Shown here in pieces: positions 7,055 to 14,230 of a stretch of DNA of 64,000 nucleotides. The notes below the pieces were generated by a model that ran no database searches, was not told the DNA's origin, and saw only the letters and a list, made by a program, of their open reading frames with translations. A program made the translations under genes and the position numbers. The stretch lies in the IMG/VR virus record IMGVR_UViG_3300036766_002181, positions 1 to 64,000 of that record; one strand, given 5' to 3'. How positions within the stretch are numbered: position 1 is the stretch's first letter; each line of letters starts with the position of its first letter.

Positions 7055-7354
7055 TTATGTTGGATTTCCTCTTTTCATATCACGGCCAATACCTTCCCTT
7101 TTGAGTCTCATAATTCCTTTTATATTCATAGCAAGGGCCCAAACATTAACAATGTTCATAAATAGAAGGGCCATTTGTCCCGGAGCATTAAAGGCAACAA
7201 TAGTTTCGGTTATGAGATAGCCTGTGAAAATTATACAGTTAAGTCTATAGCTTAACCAAAGATTTCCATTTGAATATACCCAAAACTTAAAAAGCTGCAA
7301 GCATACAATGCATGCCGTTAAGATAGAAAGAACAACAGAGGTTTCTATAACCAT
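7055..7354 (-). CDS. Small membrane protein with about 3 TM segments
   Basis: 99 aa with three hydrophobic stretches; TATAAT 6 nt before its ATG; 1-nt gap to the hydroxylase gene. Confidence 0.7.
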   Translation of the reverse strand: MVIETSVVLSILTACIVCLQLFKFWVYSNGNLWLSYRLNCIIFTGYLITETIVAFNAPGQMALLFMNIVNVWALAMNIKGIMRLKREGIGRDMKRGNPT

Positions 7355-7384
7355 ATTATTATTATATGATAAAACTTGTTTGGT

Positions 7385-8185
7385 TTATACGAGTTTTTCT
7401 TTTAGGGATTTATAGAAATTTTCAGGGCCAATATCGGAAAGCCCACTCATATTTCCGTCATTAAGTTCGATCAAGATCCAGTCTCCATTTACTTTTCTGG
7501 CCACATCAAAAACCCAAAAACGAATATTCTTCGAAACCCTAGAAATAACTTTATCTATAAATTCTTTTGGCACTTCTTTAAAGGGATCATATTTTCTATC
7601 AAGTTCTTCTGTATGGGAAGACCAATAAAAGCCAGCATCAACAATCTGGCCATCCAAACAAAAAAATCTATATTCTTCAGAAATGGGAAGTTGATTTAAT
7701 CCCTCTGCTAATTTTACAAGCGGCTCGTATTGCCTAATATAAACTTGTTGCCAACCAACATAACCATCCTGAGAAAGTCTATGATAAACCTCTCCTGCCT
7801 CATAACGATCCCTGGCAAAAGCATGGGTATTCCACTGGTGCTTTTTGCTGTTGGTTTGACCCTTAAGAACAAATGGCCCTTCTTGCGGAATTTGGTCCAG
7901 GGCAAACCAGGTTCTTGGGGTTATGTCTTCTACGTCATAATACCAATTGCGGAGATCTGCCACATAACAATGCTCTTTATAGGAATTGATTATTGTGCTT
8001 CCAAGGGCCTCTATATCTTCACATAATTCTTTGTTATAGGGCAGCGCCGAATATCTTGGGATAACAAGTCTATTTGGTGGGATGGCCGTTCGCCTGTCCA
8101 CAACTTCAAAATAGTTTTTTGCTACTTCTCTTTCTTCTTCAAATTCTAAATTTGTAGAATTCCTAAAATATATTATTGGTTCCAT
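7385..8185 (-). CDS. ATP-grasp protein, R2K clade (DUF4343-like)
   Basis: FVLKG, YIRQY, EEYRFFCLDG, FWVFDVA, WILIELNDGNMSGL; ATG 8185 preferred. Confidence 0.85.
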   Translation of the reverse strand: MEPIIYFRNSTNLEFEEEREVAKNYFEVVDRRTAIPPNRLVIPRYSALPYNKELCEDIEALGSTIINSYKEHCYVADLRNWYYDVEDITPRTWFALDQIPQEGPFVLKGQTNSKKHQWNTHAFARDRYEAGEVYHRLSQDGYVGWQQVYIRQYEPLVKLAEGLNQLPISEEYRFFCLDGQIVDAGFYWSSHTEELDRKYDPFKEVPKEFIDKVISRVSKNIRFWVFDVARKVNGDWILIELNDGNMSGLSDIGPENFYKSLKEKLV

Positions 8186-8193
8186 AACAAACC

Positions 8194-8222
8194 AACGTAG
8201 CATAGAACTGGTATAAAATCAA
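8194..8222 (-). promoter_or_regulatory. sigma70-type promoter, near-leaderless
   Basis: TTGATT-N17-TACGTT with TGC extension; 8 nt to ATG 8185. Confidence 0.6.
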
Positions 8223-8231
8223 GCCTTGTTA

Positions 8232-9845
8232 TTAATCGTCAAAGAAGAAAGCCTTTGCATCATATTGGATATTCAGGGTATGCATATCATTATCAGCCGC
8301 CCCGGAAACCGCAAATGTCAATCCTGTTCCGCCTTCACCAATAGGCTCGATAATGTTAAATGCTTCCGGCGTATTTCCAAAAGAGGTACTAATAACCTGA
8401 ACAGGATTGTTGGCAAACATGTAAATTGTCCCAATAGAATCAAGATTCCCGATAGGGCCAGTAGCATGGGCATTATAATTTATTATTGCACCTTGATAAT
8501 CATCTGCATCAGATGATCCAAATAGCCTATCTGTTTCAAACCAGGCAACCAAGTCAGAACCCTTTACAGATAGGTTCTCACCGCCAGAGAAATTTTTAAT
8601 TTTTCTACCATTAAGATTAAACTTTGTTATATCTCCTTTGGCAGCCCCAACCTTAAAACTTGCCAGGCAATTGCTGCCATCATTGAGAGCCACGTTTCCT
8701 GAAGCCTCAATGGGATCTACCTCAAGGGTGAAATAATTTGGTTTTGTAAGATAATCAAGAGATTTAAAACCCTCTCCGTCAGCACCCATGTCGCCACGAA
8801 GATAAAAATTATTGGCACCACCATTATTAACAAACATCGCAAATATAGATCCGGTATAGGCAACAAGATATTGATTGCTATTTGGACCAAATGCAATGCT
8901 TCCTGTTACAAGGGTTCCAGAGGCATATGGAATTGCCTTAAGATATTCTGTATTTAGAATATTTCCGTTGTCGTATTGATCATCTCCACCATCATCAATA
9001 TTGTTTCGATTATAATCAGCATAAAGATCAAAATCAAAATTTTGATAAAGAGAGGATGTTAACGATGCAATAAGGGCCTCATAGGTTCCAGATAAATAAA
9101 ACTTGCTGGCGACCGATTCAAGATCTGTGTCAATTACAGGAGCCCCTCCATACAAAACATGATCAACATAGCTATGAAAAAATGAGGTTAATTGATCTGT
9201 CGAATAGGGGCTTGCACTTCCGGTTCCATAAAGAACAACATAATGAAATCCCCCTGTTCCTCTAAGACCCTCAATGCTCAGGTCATCTGAATTTGTATCC
9301 TGAGAAATCTTGGCAGGCAGACGCCTTGAATCAAAATACATAAAAAGCTGATTAACACTAGGATCATCGCCCCAGAATCTACAAGAAATCGCATTAACAC
9401 CTCGATACATATGATTGGAATCATTATCACATTCAATGGTTTTAACATCAAAAATTCCACCAATGGATTCATTATCGGCCTTATGAAGGTCTAGTTCATA
9501 TTTTGTGCCATTTTCAGCATTGCTTCTTAGGTTAAAGAAAAACTTTGATAAATCTTTTCCATCGGACGATTCGGCATTAAGTTTAATCTTCTCTATGTTA
9601 AAAAAATCAACACCATCCTGTTCGGGATTTTCTGAATAAACCTCGAATTCAACATTTCCTGTATTTCCTTCGCCAACAAGGCCTTGAGTCCAACTCTCTT
9701 GTTCAAACCCTGTACCGCCTATTTCTTCGCCGTCAATTGTGACAGGGCCCTCGATTTCTAAGATTGGAAGATTTGAACCTTCAGGAACCGTATCTGTAAC
9801 AACTCCACGATTTGCCGATATTCTTGTTCTTGTTTTGATAGACAT
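8232..9845 (-). CDS. Putative virion-associated protein (537 aa)
   Basis: Gly/Ser/Asn/Asp-rich, beta-type composition; N-terminus MSIKTRTRISANRGVV shared with 2882..3424; ATATTTAT motif upstream. Confidence 0.6.
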   Translation of the reverse strand: MSIKTRTRISANRGVVTDTVPEGSNLPILEIEGPVTIDGEEIGGTGFEQESWTQGLVGEGNTGNVEFEVYSENPEQDGVDFFNIEKIKLNAESSDGKDLSKFFFNLRSNAENGTKYELDLHKADNESIGGIFDVKTIECDNDSNHMYRGVNAISCRFWGDDPSVNQLFMYFDSRRLPAKISQDTNSDDLSIEGLRGTGGFHYVVLYGTGSASPYSTDQLTSFFHSYVDHVLYGGAPVIDTDLESVASKFYLSGTYEALIASLTSSLYQNFDFDLYADYNRNNIDDGGDDQYDNGNILNTEYLKAIPYASGTLVTGSIAFGPNSNQYLVAYTGSIFAMFVNNGGANNFYLRGDMGADGEGFKSLDYLTKPNYFTLEVDPIEASGNVALNDGSNCLASFKVGAAKGDITKFNLNGRKIKNFSGGENLSVKGSDLVAWFETDRLFGSSDADDYQGAIINYNAHATGPIGNLDSIGTIYMFANNPVQVISTSFGNTPEAFNIIEPIGEGGTGLTFAVSGAADNDMHTLNIQYDAKAFFFDD

Positions 9846-9877
9846 TGATTTTTAGTATCCAACTATTGCGAATATAC

Positions 9878-9885
9878 ATAAATAT
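9878..9885 (-). promoter_or_regulatory. Putative late-promoter motif ATATTTAT
   Basis: In the short intergenic gap, 32 nt upstream of ATG 9845. Confidence 0.45.
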
Positions 9886-9919
9886 TCACAAATTGCGATA
9901 TTCTGAGAATTAAACAAAT

Positions 9920-10246
9920 TTAACTTATTTTAATAAATAATTTGGCCGTTTTATTGGCCTTAACATACCATTTATTGGCTGGCATATTACAAACCTTGCC
10001 ATCAGACAAGTTTAATACCTTTATAAAGTACATGTCTTCAATTCTTCTAACTCCCAAATAAACCAGATAGATAGAAGAAGTGCCATGCTCGCCGGATAAC
10101 AGAGTAACCTTCTCGTTGCCGTAATAGTAATTGTTTAATACCTCTAGATCATCGCCGCAAATCAGAGTTACACGCTCCTGGCTTGGTATTTTATAGATTT
10201 CTCCCAAAACAAGATCTTTAAGAAACCTTGGTTTAAAAAATGTCAT
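9920..10246 (-). CDS. Small hypothetical protein, PG/LY family-like
   Basis: DLVLGEIYKIP...YLVYLG. Confidence 0.7.
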   Translation of the reverse strand: MTFFKPRFLKDLVLGEIYKIPSQERVTLICGDDLEVLNNYYYGNEKVTLLSGEHGTSSIYLVYLGVRRIEDMYFIKVLNLSDGKVCNMPANKWYVKANKTAKLFIKIS

Positions 10247-10250
10247 AAAC

Positions 10251-10472
10251 CTATCGGTCTGTTAATCTTGAAAATTGTTCTTTTATGTAGGCCTTGTTTG
10301 TTCTATATTTTGTATTGTTGGCAAAAAAGAGGACATCCTCAAATTTGTTATAAACTCCAATAAAAAGACAAATCTGACCTGCCTTACAGACTACATCAGA
10401 GGAAAACGAATCAATTGCCTCAAGGCCCTCGTAACGAATCAAATCTCCTGGTTTTAGGCTATCATGAATCAT
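10251..10472 (-). CDS. Small hypothetical protein, PG family (KOW/SH3-like start)
   Basis: SLKPGDLIRY...GQICLFIG. Confidence 0.7.
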   Translation of the reverse strand: MIHDSLKPGDLIRYEGLEAIDSFSSDVVCKAGQICLFIGVYNKFEDVLFFANNTKYRTNKAYIKEQFSRLTDR

Positions 10473-10483
10473 TGATTCTTCTC

Positions 10484-10897
10484 CTACAAAATTAGCCAGC
10501 AGTAGGTCAAAACAAGGGTGGCAATATGAATAAATTGATCAAAGCCAATGACCACAAAAAATTCATGACGCCTTTCCTTCTTCCACAGATAGCTTGTCAT
10601 TCTGCTTGTAACATAGTCTGTGGCTGTATGAGCCACGAAGTTAGCGACAAGAAAAGACAACATAACCGAAAAGGCCTTTGGCAGAATCGATGTACCAGAA
10701 AGAACATAAATTGGAAAATTGCATATACAAAGAAGAATTAAAAGCCACACGGTATATGAAATTGTATGAAAAAGAAGCCAGGAGTTTGACTTACTTTTGT
10801 TAATTGCCATCTTATCTGTTTGAAATACAAAGTCAGCAACAGTATGGGCAAAAAGTAACGAAAGAAGTGCTGAAATTCCAATTGTGGTTGTAATCAT
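10484..10897 (-). CDS. DUF3307 family membrane protein
   Basis: AHTVADFVFQT...K...LLFH...AHTATDY...GFDQFIH pattern. Confidence 0.85.
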   Translation of the reverse strand: MITTTIGISALLSLLFAHTVADFVFQTDKMAINKSKSNSWLLFHTISYTVWLLILLCICNFPIYVLSGTSILPKAFSVMLSFLVANFVAHTATDYVTSRMTSYLWKKERRHEFFVVIGFDQFIHIATLVLTYCWLIL

Positions 10898-10900
10898 GAT

Positions 10901-11455
10901 TTATTCTTCCTTTAGTTCGGCCAGCCAATATAAATAGGACCGCCAGGCATCAGGTGTTTTTGGAAAGTCAAAGTTAAATCTAATATAGGCTTCCTCAGAA
11001 GGAATGTTGGGTTTCTTTAAAAGAACCATCCCCGCCTGCTCTGGTGTTTTTTCGCCTTTTATAAAATTGCAACGGCGGCAACTGGATACAATATTGTGCC
11101 AATGGGTTGTTCCTCCCTGAACCTTGGGAACAACATGATCAAAGGTTAGCTCTTTCATGTTTGGCTTTTCACCACAGTACAGGCAAGAAAACTTGTCTCT
11201 CCTAAAAATGTTTAGACGAGAAAACTTTGGTCTAGATCTATAACCAACATGTTTAAGAAGCCTGATTACGGCAGGACACTTCATTGTAAATGAAATGGAA
11301 TTAAGATCAAAATCATCATATTCTTCCAGGATTTCAACCTTGTCAGAAAACCACATACAGATTGCTCTTTGCCAGGTCACAACCTTGAGGGGCTTAAAGT
11401 TAGAATTCAACAGAAGAGTCTGCTTGTGGTTTTCTAAATCTATAGTAGAAGACAT
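10901..11455 (-). CDS. HNH endonuclease (McrA-like)
   Basis: TLLLN..F.PL, IFRRDKFSCLYCG, TFDHVVPKVQGG...WHNIVSSCRRCNFIKG; ATG 11455 preferred. Confidence 0.92.
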   Translation of the reverse strand: MSSTIDLENHKQTLLLNSNFKPLKVVTWQRAICMWFSDKVEILEEYDDFDLNSISFTMKCPAVIRLLKHVGYRSRPKFSRLNIFRRDKFSCLYCGEKPNMKELTFDHVVPKVQGGTTHWHNIVSSCRRCNFIKGEKTPEQAGMVLLKKPNIPSEEAYIRFNFDFPKTPDAWRSYLYWLAELKEE

Positions 11456-11463
11456 TTGTGGCA

Positions 11464-11492
11464 AATATAACTTATTTTTGTTGTATTGTCAA
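11464..11492 (-). promoter_or_regulatory. sigma70-type promoter, near-leaderless
   Basis: TTGACA-N17-TATATT; 8 nt to ATG 11455. Confidence 0.75.
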
Positions 11493-11496
11493 GCTC

Positions 11497-11700
11497 TTAG
11501 CTGTTAAGCAGTATTCCAAACAAACATAAAAACACGGCCACAACACAAAAGCCTGAAGGAAGGAACAGGGCATGAATGTAGGTTTTATAACCAATTGCCG
11601 CAAATATAAGGCCAGCATATATCCAAAACTTTTTCATTAATTTGGGATTTTTAAAATGCCCAAAAAAATCTTCACAAAGTTCTTTTAACGTGTTAATCAT
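11497..11700 (-). CDS. Small two-TM membrane protein
   Basis: 67 aa with two hydrophobic segments; 4-nt overlap with the upstream gene. Confidence 0.6.
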   Translation of the reverse strand: MINTLKELCEDFFGHFKNPKLMKKFWIYAGLIFAAIGYKTYIHALFLPSGFCVVAVFLCLFGILLNS

Positions 11701-12080
11701 GGATTGTTTCCTCCGTTGCCACCACCGCCACTACCACCATTAGTTAAAAATCCCCAATAGGTAGGAATTCCTCCGTCCAGATCATCGGGATCAGGATCGC
11801 CTGATTTGTCAGGAGGATCTATTGCCAAGGGAATACCATATCCGGTTAACTGTCTACAAAGATCCTCTTCCAACCGCTTTGTTTCTTCTTCTTGAAGTCT
11901 CTTTTTTCTTCGGATTTGATCCTCATATTCAAAGTAGGCTTTTTGCTGTTTCTCTGAAAAAAACTTGCAAGACATGTTTGTGCATTCCACTTCATTAAAG
12001 CCAAAGTAGGCATTTGCGGTTTTGCAAATTGGGCAAGGACCATTTCCTGCCAATTCTATATCCTTGTCTTTTGTTGTCAT
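11697..12080 (-). CDS. Zinc-ribbon hypothetical protein
   Basis: CPIC...ECTNMSC, charged helix, and a D/P- and G-rich tail. Confidence 0.7.
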   Translation of the reverse strand: MTTKDKDIELAGNGPCPICKTANAYFGFNEVECTNMSCKFFSEKQQKAYFEYEDQIRRKKRLQEEETKRLEEDLCRQLTGYGIPLAIDPPDKSGDPDPDDLDGGIPTYWGFLTNGGSGGGGNGGNNP

Positions 12081-12088
12081 TATTATTA

Positions 12089-12631
12089 TTAGGGTAAGAA
12101 AGAGAAGGCTGCCTCTAATGGTTTAATTAGACAGGAAACAAATTTGGCATCAAATCCTTCAATAAGAGGATTTATTTTTAGGGCGGCCTTAAGATCTATG
12201 CTTGGAAGCTGTGGCAGCTTTTTCAGAATGCCAAGAAAAATATCAAACAGGGAAAGAAGAATGCTTAGAACGAAATCTTTGAGGGCCCCGATATTAAACA
12301 ACTTTGGATCTATTGTAATGTCGCCTAGTTTTGCAGTAATTCCACCTATGGAGATTGATATTGCCGGCATGCCCTTGGCCTGCAAATTGAACCCGTCAAG
12401 AATTACGCTTGGCAAATTGGCAATAAGATCTATAATCTTTTTTGGTAACTTTGGACTTTTAAGATCCAAGTCTAGAATAAGGCTTATTGGTCCAAGGGCG
12501 GCACCAATTGCTCCCATAATCACAGGATGGAAGCCCGGATTTCCAATTTCAAAAACAGGAGGATTGATACCAAGACAATCCCCAATTTTTGAACGAGATA
12601 CGAGATCTGCTGGTGTTGGTAAGGCGACCAT
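12089..12631 (-). CDS. Hydrophobic Pro/Leu/Ile-rich hypothetical protein
   Basis: 180-aa ORF co-directional with its neighbours; amphipathic composition. Confidence 0.65.
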   Translation of the reverse strand: MVALPTPADLVSRSKIGDCLGINPPVFEIGNPGFHPVIMGAIGAALGPISLILDLDLKSPKLPKKIIDLIANLPSVILDGFNLQAKGMPAISISIGGITAKLGDITIDPKLFNIGALKDFVLSILLSLFDIFLGILKKLPQLPSIDLKAALKINPLIEGFDAKFVSCLIKPLEAAFSFLP

Positions 12632-12737
12632 GGGGGGCTACTTTAGCAGTATTTAATTAAACCAATCAATTGTTTTGTTTTAAACAATTAGTTTACTTTT
12701 TTAAAATAATGAAATTCAATAATTCGCAAGTTATCAC

Positions 12738-12986
12738 TCATAAATAGACAAACTTGTCTCGTAGGAGAAATTGATACCAATAATAACTTTGCACAATGCC
12801 CTTGCCCGTAAAGATCACAATTTCATCTTTGGGCAGAAACCTTCCACCATTTGGTCCTTTATCAAAGGCTTTATGAGATTTAAAATTGAGGTTATAGCGA
12901 ACATAGGTATCAAGGTCTGAACGTAAGGCATAAGATTTATAAAGTTCTCCCCGAGCAAGATCTTGAATGTTTACACAATCTATCAT
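12738..12986 (-). CDS. Small hypothetical protein, PG/LY family-like
   Basis: DLARGELYKSY...IVIFTG. Confidence 0.65.
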   Translation of the reverse strand: MIDCVNIQDLARGELYKSYALRSDLDTYVRYNLNFKSHKAFDKGPNGGRFLPKDEIVIFTGKGIVQSYYWYQFLLRDKFVYL

Positions 12987-13006
12987 TTTAGAGTTTAATA
13001 AACTTT

Positions 13007-13366
13007 TTATATGGAAACCTTAGAAAATTTAAGGCATCTACCCGCACTGGAAGAGTAATTCTCGCCATAATACTCTATATAAATTTTTCTGCCGCACAAC
13101 ATAAATGACATGGAAAAAACTAATTGACCCGTGTAAAGAAAAGTTTCGCTTTGAATATAATATAGTATATTGTTTTCTATTAAAGTATCTGGTACTTTAT
13201 TAAGTAATATTTTTGTATTCTTTACAGAAGCATAATAATAAGCTCCGTAGCTATCCGTTACTTTCTCTGCTCTATATAATTCTCCTGGAATAGGCTCAAC
13301 ACTTTCTGGGATAAAATGCCGAGAATTGTTAGAGGTTTCCAAAGAAAAATTCCTTTTTATCTGCAT
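13007..13366 (-). CDS. Small hypothetical protein, PG/LY family-like
   Basis: EPIPGELYRAEK; start codon uncertain. Confidence 0.65.
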   Translation of the reverse strand: MQIKRNFSLETSNNSRHFIPESVEPIPGELYRAEKVTDSYGAYYYASVKNTKILLNKVPDTLIENNILYYIQSETFLYTGQLVFSMSFMLCGRKIYIEYYGENYSSSAGRCLKFSKVSI

Positions 13367-13808
13367 CCTCTAGAGAGGCTACACTCATAACCCCAAAGGT
13401 CTGATCATCGATCGTATAGAAGGCCTTCTTGATTCCATAGGAAGAAAGAATTTCTTGGCAAATCTTGCAAGGCCTTGCCAAACCAAGACCTCGACCTCCC
13501 TTGTTTGTGGTAGGAGTGGTAGGAGCCAGAATTCTTGCAATATACATCTTGGAGCCACGGAGATCAGTCTTGGCACGAGCCTGTACAATGGCATCCATTT
13601 CTGCATGGGTGCTAAGGCAGTAGGTTCTGTTTGCTCCACGAACCAAATCCGTATAGTGCTCTACAAAGGCATTTGTGTTTCTCTTATTGAAACCGACAGA
13701 AATAATGCTGCCGCCGCTAACGAGAACCGCACAAAGATGATAATCAAGAAATTCATCATAGTTGTTGGCCAGGGCATTCTTGACAGCAAGCTTAAAATAT
13801 CGATTCAT
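13329..13808 (-). CDS. Cytidine/deoxycytidylate deaminase superfamily protein (second, divergent)
   Basis: HLCAVLVSGGSIISVGFN, THAEMDAI, LARPCKIC. Confidence 0.88.
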   Translation of the reverse strand: MNRYFKLAVKNALANNYDEFLDYHLCAVLVSGGSIISVGFNKRNTNAFVEHYTDLVRGANRTYCLSTHAEMDAIVQARAKTDLRGSKMYIARILAPTTPTTNKGGRGLGLARPCKICQEILSSYGIKKAFYTIDDQTFGVMSVASLEDADKKEFFFGNL

Positions 13809-14149
13809 ATTACATTCTCAAATCCTTCTTTTCGTATCTGTCTATAAAAAACTCTTTTTCTTTCTTTCTCAAGATCCCTATCCACAAAATGAATAAGTCT
13901 TAAAAAATGATTCTGAACCTCTGAAGAGGAAAGAAAATTTTGTATCATGCCATCAGCTATTCTCAGGCAGCATACATTCAAATCATAGTGCTCCTCCTGT
14001 GCTCTCCTGGGCGTTACAGAGACTATCATAAGCAAGTTTTGTGGGATAGACACCCCGGCACTGGCGGCAACATCATTTCGAAAGCGTATCAGGGCTCCAG
14101 GCTTAAGAAGCCCGATGGTTTCCATTGTCTTGTGCCGTTGTCTACTCAT
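13805..14149 (-). CDS. Small hypothetical protein, PG family-like
   Basis: LLKPGALIRF; ATG 14149 is the first start downstream of the promoter. Confidence 0.65.
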   Translation of the reverse strand: MSRQRHKTMETIGLLKPGALIRFRNDVAASAGVSIPQNLLMIVSVTPRRAQEEHYDLNVCCLRIADGMIQNFLSSSEVQNHFLRLIHFVDRDLEKERKRVFYRQIRKEGFENVI

Positions 14150-14162
14150 TGCAATATTGACC

Positions 14163-14191
14163 ATTATCGCATATTTGTGTCGAGAAGTCAA
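14163..14191 (-). promoter_or_regulatory. sigma70-type promoter with extended -10
   Basis: TTGACT-N17-GATAAT with TGC extension; shares TTGACT...AATATGC with the 6355..6383 promoter. Confidence 0.7.
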
Positions 14192-14230
14192 GCAATTGAA
14201 CATATGGGCTTTTTGGCCTATATCAACCGT

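Noticed and set aside
12144-12656. 170-aa plus-strand ORF
   Set aside because: Antisense to 12089..12631, which fits the operon direction and spacing; no independent support.
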